From: Bacillota bacterium
GTDB lineage: Bacteria; Bacillota; Clostridia; Christensenellales; SZUA-584
DNA: 64,000 bases
Assembly: GCA_023391105.1 (NCBI GenBank)
Contig: JAEWBO010000013.1
Span: forward strand, 10,433 to 74,432
Reading direction: 5' to 3'
The translations under genes and the position numbers were made by a program. Shown in pieces: positions 20,000-28,776 of this stretch; position 1 is the stretch's first letter; each line of letters starts with the position of its first letter. The notes under the pieces are model-generated. The model was not told where the DNA came from. It made no database searches and saw only the letters and a list, made by a program, of their open reading frames with translations.

Positions 20000-20890
20000 A
20001 TGCGAAATACGTCGGTTGAGCTTGTGAAGCAAGTGGTGATGCTGATTGAAGATAGCCTCAATGAACCGCTATTGCTGGACAATATTGCATGCAGCGTGTT
20101 TGTTTCTAAGTACCATCTGCACCGCTTATTCAAAACACTGACCGGCAGAACGCTGATGTCTTACGTGAGAGGCCGGCGACTCAGCCGCAGCATCAATGAT
20201 CTTCTCAATACACAAGAAAAGCTTTCGTATATCGCTGAGATGTATGGTTTTAGCTATGAGCAGAGCTATGAACGCGCTTTCAAGAGTCAGTTTGGGATGA
20301 CGCCATCCGCATTCCGAAGTGCACCGATCGAATTGGAAATCGTTCATATGCTTGATACAAGTACGATACGTGATATTGCTAGTGGAATTTTTGTGGCGCC
20401 GCGCTTTCTTGTATTGCCCGATATGATGTTTGCAGGTATCCGTCATAATATCTCATTGCAGCCAAAGCAACCCACTGCCGCTAATGAAGCCGCGCTGCGG
20501 TTTTGTGATAGTGAACGCAAAAGCATACACCATCGAATTAACGAACATTTATATTATGGATTTACTTATGATGTGCATGAACAATCATATCGGTATATGT
20601 CTTGCGTCGAGACAAATCAAATATCTCAGTTGCCCACGCCTTTTGAAAGCTTTGTGCTTCCTTCTCATCTTTATGCAGTGTTCAGGTATGTGGGGTTTCA
20701 TGGCGCTGAGTATCTGTCAGAATACACGCTTGATGAGATATATAATTATATCTCCGTGGATTGGTGCGCAAAAACAGATTATCGAAGAGACAAAGACTAC
20801 ATGTTTGAGCGTGTTGACGCCACTGTATGCAAATCAACCTATTGTGAGATGGATATTTTTCTGCCAGTAGATAACAAACTGAATCAGTAA
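20000..20890 (+). CDS. AraC-family transcriptional regulator with GyrI-like effector domain
   Basis: N-terminal HTH (VSKYHLHRLFK..., YGFSYEQSYERAFKSQFGMTPS) and a C-terminal ~150-aa GyrI-like region. Confidence 0.85.
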   Translation: MRNTSVELVKQVVMLIEDSLNEPLLLDNIACSVFVSKYHLHRLFKTLTGRTLMSYVRGRRLSRSINDLLNTQEKLSYIAEMYGFSYEQSYERAFKSQFGMTPSAFRSAPIELEIVHMLDTSTIRDIASGIFVAPRFLVLPDMMFAGIRHNISLQPKQPTAANEAALRFCDSERKSIHHRINEHLYYGFTYDVHEQSYRYMSCVETNQISQLPTPFESFVLPSHLYAVFRYVGFHGAEYLSEYTLDEIYNYISVDWCAKTDYRRDKDYMFERVDATVCKSTYCEMDIFLPVDNKLNQ

Positions 20891-21011
20891 TCCTTGGTTT
20901 TATATGTTATTATGAATGCTTGGCAGCATTTCTCTTTCGTCGTCTGTTTAAACTTTCGCATATTTTTTATACTAATGGCAAAAGATTAAAAAATATGATG
21001 GGAGAAAAAAG

Positions 21012-21962
21012 ATGACTGTTGGAATACCTAAAGGTCTTTTGTATTCAAAATATCATGTTTTCGCCGAGTCTTTTTTTCGTGCTCTTGGAATGGATATCAT
21101 AACGTCACCGGATACAAATAAAGAAATACTCGATGAAGGTGTAAAATCGTGTGTGGATGACGCTTGCCTGCCGATAAAAGTTTTTCACGGACATGTACAA
21201 TGGCTAAAGGATAAATGCGATTATTTGCTGATGCCGCGTTTATTTAGTCTTGAGAAAAGGAAGTCCCTTTGCCCTATGTTCTGCGGTCTTGTGGAGATGG
21301 TAAAAAGCAGTGTGTCAGAACTTCCTTTGCTTATCGATTCCCCCGTGTATTCTCTTGATAAGAAAAGCTTGCTGGAATGGGCCATGCAATCGGGCAGTTT
21401 CTTGACAAGAGATAAAGAAGCCATTGCAGATGCTTTTGAATGTGCGCTCAAAAAGCAGAAAAATCATATAACAGCACTTAACGATAATGATTACGCACAT
21501 CGTATTGCTCTGATCGGACATACATATAATATCCACGATGCTTTCATTAACATGCATCTGATTAAAAAACTGCACGCGATGGATATTGGTGTGGTAACAG
21601 CGGATAGCGTTGATAAAAATGATATTGCGCTTCAAACAGGCATGCTATACAAAGCTCCGTTCTGGTATTTTGCGCGAGAATACTACGGTGCAGCCATCAG
21701 CCTTTATAAAAACAGACTTGTCGATGGCTTTATTTATGTATCCGCTTTCTCGTGTGGTGTCGATTCAGTCGTTATCGAGCTGATTAAACTGGAAATGGGT
21801 TCTTATCCCTTCATGGTTTTAAAAATTGATGAGCATACCGGAGAAGCCGCAATAGACACGCGCATAGAGGCTTATGCGGACATGCTTAAAAGGAGGGCTC
21901 AAATTGGTTATCACCGTCCCGCGTATGGGCAACATATGCCTTGCCGCCAAAGCGTTTTTTGA
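21012..21962 (+). CDS. acyl-CoA dehydratase activase-related protein (DUF2229-type)
   Basis: The IGIPKGLLYSKYHVFAESFF...CLPIKVFHGH pattern is typical of the uncharacterised CoA-enzyme-activase domain. Confidence 0.75.
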   Translation: MTVGIPKGLLYSKYHVFAESFFRALGMDIITSPDTNKEILDEGVKSCVDDACLPIKVFHGHVQWLKDKCDYLLMPRLFSLEKRKSLCPMFCGLVEMVKSSVSELPLLIDSPVYSLDKKSLLEWAMQSGSFLTRDKEAIADAFECALKKQKNHITALNDNDYAHRIALIGHTYNIHDAFINMHLIKKLHAMDIGVVTADSVDKNDIALQTGMLYKAPFWYFAREYYGAAISLYKNRLVDGFIYVSAFSCGVDSVVIELIKLEMGSYPFMVLKIDEHTGEAAIDTRIEAYADMLKRRAQIGYHRPAYGQHMPCRQSVF

Positions 21963-23001
21963 AGCTGCGCGCATTCCCTATGTGATGCCCGAAATAATTA
22001 ACAAGCAGACGCTGCAAAACGGCGTTGCGCTGTCGCCGGATGAAATATGTCTGCCGTTTAAGATTTTAATGGGCAGCTATACTGACTGTATAAAAAAGGG
22101 CGCGGATACCATACTGATTACAGGAAGCTGCGGCCCGTGCCGTTTTGGAGAATACTGTGAGCTGCAGATGAAGCTGCTTGAAAAGCTCGGCACTCAGGCC
22201 AAAACGATCGTTCTTGATGCCCCAAAAGAGATCGGCAGACAGGAGCTTCTCAGACGAATCGGCTTGATTTCCAAGGCCAGCCCTTTAAGCGCAAAGCAAA
22301 AGCTCCTTGCCCTGCGGCAAGCTTTTCACATATTGTCGCTTGCGGACAGCATTGATGAAAAGGCGCACATGCTGGCCGGATACGAATTGAACAGCGGTGA
22401 ATGCAAGCAATTGATTATGGCATGCCATGAGCAGACAGAGAATTGCCGCAACCCACATGAAATACAGGTTCTTTTGGAGCATTATCTTCAAAAGCTGGGT
22501 AATGTAAAAACGGTTATGAAAAAAAAGCCGCTGCGGGTCGCTCTGATCGGAGAAATATATTCGATGGTTGAGCCTTTTGCGAATCTGTATATCGAAGAAA
22601 AGCTGATGGGCTACGGAGTGAGTTCAAGTCGGCTTATCACACCCAGCTGGTGGCTTAAGGACCTCATTGCCAAACCGCTTAAGCTTAATTCCATAGATAT
22701 CCGGCGCGCTGCCCACGACTATCTGCCTTATAACGCGGGCGGTCATGCGAAGGAATCGATTGGCCATGCCGTGATATGCCAAAGGAATAATTTTGACGGT
22801 GCAATACAGATCTTCCCGCTTGGATGTATGCCTGAAATCGTCGTCAAGGCGATTATGCCTGTTGTTCAACAAGAAAAGGATTTTCCGGTGTTGACATTGG
22901 TCGTGGATGAAATGACGGGTGAAGCCGGATATATGACAAGAATTGAAGCTTTTCTTGATATGCTGGAAGCGAAACGAAGAAAAGGAGAGATATCGGCTTG
23001 A
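21904..23001 (+). CDS. acyl-CoA dehydratase activase-related protein (HgdB/2-hydroxyacyl-CoA-dehydratase-like fold)
   Basis: Start chosen at TTG 21904, after AAAGGAGGG. The alternative is ATG 21925. GSCGPCRFGEY and DEMTGEAGYMTRIEAF blocks. It overlaps the end of the upstream gene. Confidence 0.75.
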   Translation: MVITVPRMGNICLAAKAFFEAARIPYVMPEIINKQTLQNGVALSPDEICLPFKILMGSYTDCIKKGADTILITGSCGPCRFGEYCELQMKLLEKLGTQAKTIVLDAPKEIGRQELLRRIGLISKASPLSAKQKLLALRQAFHILSLADSIDEKAHMLAGYELNSGECKQLIMACHEQTENCRNPHEIQVLLEHYLQKLGNVKTVMKKKPLRVALIGEIYSMVEPFANLYIEEKLMGYGVSSSRLITPSWWLKDLIAKPLKLNSIDIRRAAHDYLPYNAGGHAKESIGHAVICQRNNFDGAIQIFPLGCMPEIVVKAIMPVVQQEKDFPVLTLVVDEMTGEAGYMTRIEAFLDMLEAKRRKGEISA

Positions 23002-24008
23002 ATAAAGAGTTTTGCCTTGGCATCGATGTCGGTTCAGTCAGCACAAACATTGTACTGATCGATACAGACGGCAAGGTGGTTGAGAAGCTGTACTTGCGAA
23101 CGAATGGACGCCCGATTGAGGCCATATGTAAAGGCCTTTCCCTACTTAAAGGCAAACCGGATGAAAGTGCAGTTATCATTGGTGCGGGCACTACGGGCAG
23201 CGGCAGGCAGTTAGCTGGTGCGATGGTGGGCGCAGATGTCATGAAAAACGAAATCACAGCGCATGCTGTGGCCGCTTGTCATGTTGTTCCGGATGTGCGG
23301 ACAATACTGGAAATCGGCGGTCAGGATTCAAAGATCATTCTTGTCAAAGATGGTGTTGTTTGTGATTTTGCTATGAATTCCGTCTGCGCTGCAGGAACAG
23401 GCTCATTTTTGGACAGGCAGGCCTCTCGCCTTGAAATTCCCATAGAAGAGTTTGGCGGTTATGCGCTGCGCTCCAAGTCCCCCGTGCGTATTGCGGGGCG
23501 TTGTGCCGTGTTTGCCGAGTCAGATATGATCAGCAAGCAACAAGCGGGTCACAGCGCTGAGGATATTATTGCGGGACTATGTGAGGCTCTCGTTCGCAAT
23601 TACTTAAACAATCTCGCAAAAGGCAAAGAGATCAGAGGTCCTATATTGTTTCAAGGAGGTGTGGCCGCCAATGTCGGAATCCTTTCGGCATTTGAAAAAG
23701 CACTTGGCAAAAAAGTCATTATTCCGCAGCAATACGATGTGATGGGTGCTTATGGCGCTGCTTTAATTGCCAAAGATGCAGTGCCTGATAAACAAACCTG
23801 TTTTAAGGGCTTTGAGAACTTGAACCGTGAATTCATCACTGAGAGCATCGCCTGCACTGACTGCGCCAATATGTGTGAGGTCGCCAGAGTTATGGCGGAT
23901 GGCGATTGTATTGCCCACTGGGGTGACCGGTGCGGCAAATGGGGCAATAGGATGAACTCATCCATGCAAAATAAAGAGGAAAAGAACAAAGAGTCGGAAG
24001 TATCGTAA
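22998..24008 (+). CDS. BadF/BadG/BcrA/BcrD-type ATPase (CoA-substrate-specific enzyme activase)
   Basis: LGIDVGSVSTN and GGQDSK ATPase motifs. The cluster-bridging Cys motifs are NSVCAAGTGSFLD and GRCAVFAESD. TTG start after GGAGAG. Confidence 0.85.
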   Translation: MNKEFCLGIDVGSVSTNIVLIDTDGKVVEKLYLRTNGRPIEAICKGLSLLKGKPDESAVIIGAGTTGSGRQLAGAMVGADVMKNEITAHAVAACHVVPDVRTILEIGGQDSKIILVKDGVVCDFAMNSVCAAGTGSFLDRQASRLEIPIEEFGGYALRSKSPVRIAGRCAVFAESDMISKQQAGHSAEDIIAGLCEALVRNYLNNLAKGKEIRGPILFQGGVAANVGILSAFEKALGKKVIIPQQYDVMGAYGAALIAKDAVPDKQTCFKGFENLNREFITESIACTDCANMCEVARVMADGDCIAHWGDRCGKWGNRMNSSMQNKEEKNKESEVS

Positions 24009-24108
24009 GCCAATTCTTTTCTTTTGTTAAAGAACAAATATTCAAAGAAACTCATAGTATACATCAGCAAACAATACATGTTTGTTCTCGATGAAAGGAG
24101 TTTTTTTC

Positions 24109-24543
24109 ATGCCAGATGGAATAAATACATCAAGTGATATGGAAATCGCGCAGCGCGGCGGACGTGGCGGTTTCCCGGGCGGTGGTCCGCGTGGCGGCTT
24201 CCCAGGCAGAGGATTCCCGCGCGGTGGTTTTCCCCGCAGGCGGTTTCCCCGGAGATTTCCGGTAAGACGCTTTCCCAGATTCTTTTTCTTCCCAATTGGC
24301 TTCCCGACCGGACGGTGCTTTTTTATAGATCAATTTGGCCGGTGCTGTGACCAATTTGGCCGGTGCTGTGACCGATTTGGCAGGTGTGTCTTCGATAACA
24401 GATTCGCAGATAACCGTGTCGCGTTTGGTCCGCAGTCAGACGGCTGGTTCGGCATACCGGGAAGTTGGGATATGATGCCGGATTATGATGACATGGCGGA
24501 TTATGACATGGACGATATGGACGATATGGACGACTTTAGCTAA
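24109..24543 (+). CDS. extreme low-complexity protein (144 aa): RGG/RFP-repeat basic N-half, DQFGRCC repeats, acidic D/M tail
   Basis: AAAGGAG SD 9 nt before the ATG at 24109, and a strong hairpin terminator 48 nt after the stop. No family recognised. Confidence 0.6.
   Translation: MPDGINTSSDMEIAQRGGRGGFPGGGPRGGFPGRGFPRGGFPRRRFPRRFPVRRFPRFFFFPIGFPTGRCFFIDQFGRCCDQFGRCCDRFGRCVFDNRFADNRVAFGPQSDGWFGIPGSWDMMPDYDDMADYDMDDMDDMDDFS
24328..24390 (+). repeat. three tandem 21-bp units inside the low-complexity gene (encode DQFGRCC / DQFGRCC / DRFGRCV)
   Basis: gatcaatttggccggtgctgt | gaccaatttggccggtgctgt | gaccgatttggcaggtgtgtc, read directly. Confidence 0.9.
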
Positions 24544-24590
24544 GATAGCAGAAATAATTCTCATGCAATATGTCGTATATCGTTTAAAAT

Positions 24591-24616
24591 GGTCACTGGT
24601 AAGTATTCCAGTGACC
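24591..24616. terminator. bidirectional terminator between convergent genes
   Basis: GGTCACTGG/CCAGTGACC 9-bp perfect stem with flanking A/T-rich tracts. Confidence 0.65.
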
Positions 24617-24656
24617 ATTATTCTTGACTCATAAAAGTGGAGCTTAAGGTGAGCGC

Positions 24657-25001
24657 TTAATAGGGTTTTATTGTTTGGTTGACGTCAAGCAATCCGTTTA
24701 AGTAGTCAATGCATTGTGTGACCATGTTGTGGTACCCCTGTGTGGCCTTCATATACGCCTTCACTTCGCTTGCTTCAAGAAAAGCCTTGTTTTCATGAAA
24801 TAGGTTGTTCAAGTGAGAGTTGACCTGATCCTCCGGAAAGTCATGATGCATGATCCTCGCATGTTCTTTCTCGAAGTTCATCATAGCTCTGCCGAGCCTT
24901 GGGTTTTTCATGATAAGCCTGCGCTGCTTGACCACTTCATTAAATTCCAACGTCGCCTTGAGAGCGTTTGCAAGATCCTGCAGTTCTTTTTTGGGTAACA
25001 T
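24657..25001 (-). CDS. YlbF/YmcA-like (UPF0342) helical regulator protein
   Basis: 114-aa all-helical protein whose pattern resembles the YlbF family. This is a weak call. Confidence 0.5.
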   Translation of the reverse strand: MLPKKELQDLANALKATLEFNEVVKQRRLIMKNPRLGRAMMNFEKEHARIMHHDFPEDQVNSHLNNLFHENKAFLEASEVKAYMKATQGYHNMVTQCIDYLNGLLDVNQTIKPY

Positions 25002-25162
25002 ATTATACCCCCTTTATGTTTATTTTATTAACTATTTTATTGATGCGATATTAAAACTGTGCAAATGCGCCATTTTACATGATCTGCAACCAAAAACTTA
25101 AGTTGACGTCTATGATAAGTCTTAAGTTCATATTTATGAATAGAACAAAAAGGAGCCCCTTT

Positions 25163-26287
25163 ATGTACTCTACGCAGGTATCACGGAATAAAATGATTGT
25201 GCTTTATGTGTCGCTGGTTTTTTTTATAATTACCGGCTTATTGCTTTTGACACTATGCCGCGATGAAGCAAGCCCGGCTGTTAATGCTGATAGCGAGGAC
25301 TGGCAAAGGATATTGAATGAGTTATTTGACTTACGTAATGACAGTATCTTAAAACAGGATAAAGAGACACTTGAAGATATTTTTCTCATAAATGAGAAAA
25401 ATGGAAGGTGGGCATATGAATTTGAGGTGCAGAGAGCAAAATATCTAAGCGCATGGTCGGCCAAACAGGGCGTTGAGATAACAAGTATTCACAGCGAAAT
25501 AAAAATAAAAAGCGTAAAACAAGTCGGGCGAGGCTATTCTTTTTATCTTATCTCATCAAATGAATACAAATATGCCTATGTGGATACGCCGAAAACTGAA
25601 AATATATTTCGTTTGGGAGCATATCATTCATTAGACCTGATTCCCAGTGAGGAGGTCGATAATAGCTGGATAATCAGCCGGGAATGGTATGATGATCCGC
25701 TGTTGGATTCAATCAATTTGGATAATGTGACCGAGGAGATGACTGATTATATCATGGCTCATCCTGCTATTGACATATCAGGCATTAGTGATCAGCGCGT
25801 CACGGCGGTCGAATATGCTGATATGTACTGCGGGGCGGCATCAGGCGGTCAAAATAATTATGAGTATAACAGCGAATATACCAATTACAACCCTTTGGGC
25901 GGAGACTGCGCTAATTTTGCGTCTCAGGTTTTACTCGCAGGCGGTTTTAAAAAGAATGGAACCTGGAATTATGCAGGCGGCAAAGGAAGCCGCGCATGGG
26001 TCAATGCGCAAGGTCTCAAGGATTACCTGCTATACAGCGGACGGGCCTCATTGTTGGCGGCAGGCAGCTACAAGGAAATCTATCAGTATGCTTACAGTCT
26101 GCGTCCCGGCGACATTGTGGCATATGTAAAAAAAGGAAAGGTGGCTCATGTGTCTGTGGTCACAGGCGCTGACTCCAAGGGATATCCGCTCGTGAGCTGT
26201 CACAATCTAGACCGTTACCGCGTGCCATGGGATATCGGCTGGAGCGGTGATAATGTGAGGTATTTTCTCCTGAACGTCAGCTATTAA
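25163..26287 (+). CDS. membrane-anchored putative amidase-domain protein (Amidase_6-like)
   Basis: ATG at 25163 after AAAAGGAG. N-terminal TM helix. C-terminal GGDCANFASQVLLAGGF...GDIVAY...HVSVV papain-like Cys/His blocks. Confidence 0.7.
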   Translation: MYSTQVSRNKMIVLYVSLVFFIITGLLLLTLCRDEASPAVNADSEDWQRILNELFDLRNDSILKQDKETLEDIFLINEKNGRWAYEFEVQRAKYLSAWSAKQGVEITSIHSEIKIKSVKQVGRGYSFYLISSNEYKYAYVDTPKTENIFRLGAYHSLDLIPSEEVDNSWIISREWYDDPLLDSINLDNVTEEMTDYIMAHPAIDISGISDQRVTAVEYADMYCGAASGGQNNYEYNSEYTNYNPLGGDCANFASQVLLAGGFKKNGTWNYAGGKGSRAWVNAQGLKDYLLYSGRASLLAAGSYKEIYQYAYSLRPGDIVAYVKKGKVAHVSVVTGADSKGYPLVSCHNLDRYRVPWDIGWSGDNVRYFLLNVSY

Positions 26288-26369
26288 AAATCATCTTTAC
26301 TTGGCATTCGCATATTTAGAGCCAGAATTGAAAAACTAAACCATGATATTATCATACAAGGAGACAGGC

Positions 26370-27314
26370 ATGAGCGAACAGGACAAGCAGTCAAAAGCGT
26401 TATCGGCCCGCTGCGCTTATCAACTCGCAGACGTGGAGAAAACAGCCCCTCAATATATATCCATCAGTCCCAGATGGCTGACAAGATTCCTGGAATGGAA
26501 ACCACTTGAGTCGGGCATATTCCGCCTTAATAAGGTGAGAAATGGTCAAGATCTGCTGGAGACACTGTGCACCCAGTCTAACGGAGAAGACATTCCGGAA
26601 GGCTATATTGATTATGAGCCAGAGCCCCGCGAATACATTCTTAGCTCCGTATCTTCTATTATAAAAATCGAAACACGCGTATCAGATATATACAGTAAGC
26701 CATATGATCAGATCAAGGAACAACTGCGACTTGGCATGGAGAGCATCAAAGAGAAACAGGAAAGCCTCATCATCAACAGCGATGATTATGGGCTGCTCAA
26801 AAACGTAGGCGATGCGCAAAGAATCAAAACGCGCAATGGTTCGCCCACGCCGGATGATCTCGACGATATGATCGCCAAGGTATGGAAGCAGCCGTCTTTC
26901 TTTCTTGCGCACCCCGCTGCCATCGCCGCGTTTGGCCGCGAATGCACACGCCGTGGCGTGCCGCCGGTGGCCGTTAACCTTCATGGCTCCCAGTTCATTA
27001 CATGGCGCGGTATTCCGCTTGTGCCTACGGACAAGCTTTTAATAGACGGACATAGAAAACCGCGCGACTCAAAGGGGAAAACGAATATTTTTCTGATACG
27101 CAGCGGCGAAGCCAATCAGGGTGTTATTGGCTTGTACCAGACAGGGCTGCCCGGAGAACAGTCTCGCGGCCTTTCCGTGCGGTTTATGGGCATCAACAAT
27201 CAGGGAATCGGTTATTACTTGCTGTCTATCTATTGCTCAACGGCCATTTTAACAGATGACGCGATTGCCGTTCTTGAGGACGTCGAAATCGGAAATTATT
27301 ATGATTATCAATAA
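26370..27314 (+). CDS. family 2A encapsulin nanocompartment shell protein (SrpI-like), no cNMP-binding insertion
   Basis: 314 aa from the ATG at 26370 (SD AAGGAG). I recognise these blocks from family 2A shells: ISPRWLTRFLEWKPLESGIFRLNKV, TRVSDIYSKPYDQIKEQLRLGMESIKEKQE, TPDDLDDMIAKVWKQPSFFLAHPAAIAAFGRECTRRGVPP, FITWRGIPLVPTDK, LTDDAIAVLEDVE. A desulfurase follows immediately. Confidence 0.85.
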   Translation: MSEQDKQSKALSARCAYQLADVEKTAPQYISISPRWLTRFLEWKPLESGIFRLNKVRNGQDLLETLCTQSNGEDIPEGYIDYEPEPREYILSSVSSIIKIETRVSDIYSKPYDQIKEQLRLGMESIKEKQESLIINSDDYGLLKNVGDAQRIKTRNGSPTPDDLDDMIAKVWKQPSFFLAHPAAIAAFGRECTRRGVPPVAVNLHGSQFITWRGIPLVPTDKLLIDGHRKPRDSKGKTNIFLIRSGEANQGVIGLYQTGLPGEQSRGLSVRFMGINNQGIGYYLLSIYCSTAILTDDAIAVLEDVEIGNYYDYQ

Positions 27315-28776
27315 TAATCTGTACGACATTGAAAGCGGTACGTTAAACCAGGATAAGCTCATAAAAGAATCGGTCGCTTCGCTGGCAAAAATGTATTTCC
27401 CCGAATTTAATCCGTTGTATTCTCAAACATCCGAACCGTCAATCGAAGCGGCGGATTTATTTGCCGAACGAATTCGCGTTGATTCCCTGCTTAAATTGGA
27501 CAAAGATGATACAGCATTGGATAGTGACGAAGGCTTAGACGGTACGCGAAAAGACTTTCCTATTCTTTCTGAAAAAGTGAACGGACATCCGCTTGTGTGG
27601 TTCGATAACGCCGCGACCACGCAAAAGCCGCAATGCGTGATCGATCGAATCAAGGCGTTTTACGAGCATGAAAACTCGAATGTGCACCGCGGCGCACATT
27701 CGCTTGCCAGAAGAACGACAGATGCTTATGAAGACGCACGCGCGAAAGCTGGCGCTTTTCTCAACGCGTCCACGACTCAAGAGATCGTTTTTGTTCGCGG
27801 CACCACGGAAGCCATCAACCTTGCGGCGCATTCGTATGGTCTCCCCCATCTTCATGATGGCGATGAGGTGCTAATCACACAGCTTGAACACCATGCAAAC
27901 ATCGTACCTTGGCAGATCGTCTGCGCCAAAACAGGCGCAAAGCTAAAGGCGTCGCCGGTTAACGAGTACGGGCAGGTTGATATGGCAGCGTTTGAAAAGT
28001 TGCTCAGCAATAAGACAAAGCTGGTGGCCATCACGCATGTGTCCAATGCCATCGGTACGGTGACACCAGTCGCACAAATGATTCAAATTGCACACCAGTA
28101 TGGCGCCAGAGTGTTTGTAGACGGCGCACAGGCGGTGGCGCATCAAGCTATAGATGTGCAGGTGCTCGATTGTGACTTTTACGCCTTCTCAGGTCATAAG
28201 GTGTTCGGGCCAACCGGTATTGGGGTTCTGTATGCAAAATCAGAGTTGCTTGAAGACATGCCGCCCTATCAGGGCGGCGGCAGTATGATCGAGGATGTCT
28301 CATTGGAGAGCACAAAATACAAAGCCCCTCCCCATCGTTTTGAAGCGGGAACGGGCAATATTGCGGGTGCAATCGGGCTTGGCGCGGCACTTGATTACGT
28401 CAGACACGTGGGGCTTAATCGTATTGAGCAATACGAAAAACGCTTGCTCTTACACGCTTGTGATTCTTTGAAAGGTGTCCCAGGTCTCAAAATAATAGGC
28501 AAGCCGCAAGCGGGAATTGTCTCGTTTTTGCTGAATGGCGTTTCCCCGGAAGAAGTCGGAAAGCATCTCGACCAGCAAGGCATCGCCGTCAGGGCCGGTC
28601 ATCATTGCGCTCAGCCGATCTTGCGGTATCTTGGCTATGAAAGCACCTTGCGCGTATCACTTGCACTTTACAACACACGATCTGAAATTGACCGTCTTGT
28701 AAACGCACTTAAGAATATCGGCAGAGCCACATCATATTGGTCTTTCCCGCCTATTCCTCAAGTAATGCCTGATTGA
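27301..28776 (+). CDS. SufS-type cysteine desulfurase with ~80-aa N-terminal extension (putative encapsulin cargo)
   Basis: The ATG at 27301 overlaps the shell gene end by 14 nt. The core begins at RKDFPIL...WFDNAATTQKP. PLP lysine in FSGHK and catalytic Cys in RAGHHCAQP. Confidence 0.9.
   Translation: MIINNNLYDIESGTLNQDKLIKESVASLAKMYFPEFNPLYSQTSEPSIEAADLFAERIRVDSLLKLDKDDTALDSDEGLDGTRKDFPILSEKVNGHPLVWFDNAATTQKPQCVIDRIKAFYEHENSNVHRGAHSLARRTTDAYEDARAKAGAFLNASTTQEIVFVRGTTEAINLAAHSYGLPHLHDGDEVLITQLEHHANIVPWQIVCAKTGAKLKASPVNEYGQVDMAAFEKLLSNKTKLVAITHVSNAIGTVTPVAQMIQIAHQYGARVFVDGAQAVAHQAIDVQVLDCDFYAFSGHKVFGPTGIGVLYAKSELLEDMPPYQGGGSMIEDVSLESTKYKAPPHRFEAGTGNIAGAIGLGAALDYVRHVGLNRIEQYEKRLLLHACDSLKGVPGLKIIGKPQAGIVSFLLNGVSPEEVGKHLDQQGIAVRAGHHCAQPILRYLGYESTLRVSLALYNTRSEIDRLVNALKNIGRATSYWSFPPIPQVMPD

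Noticed and set aside
22853-23257. 134-aa minus-strand ORF spanning the junction of the activase-operon genes.
   Set aside because: It is antisense to two well-supported genes and is a shadow ORF.
24328-24390. Short tandem repeats considered as a CRISPR-like or minisatellite array.
   Set aside because: The units are contiguous with no spacers, are in frame, and lie inside a CDS. This is a coding tandem repeat, not CRISPR.
26328-26355. TTGAAA-16 nt-TATCAT as a promoter for the encapsulin gene.
   Set aside because: It would place the transcription start inside the SD (26358-26363). Co-transcription with the upstream gene, or another promoter, is more likely.
26370-27314. Considered a family 2B encapsulin or a family 1 (linocin-like) shell.
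   Set aside because: At 314 aa there is no room for the cNMP-binding insertion of 2B. The sequence blocks and the desulfurase cargo fit 2A, and no peroxidase or ferritin-type cargo is nearby.
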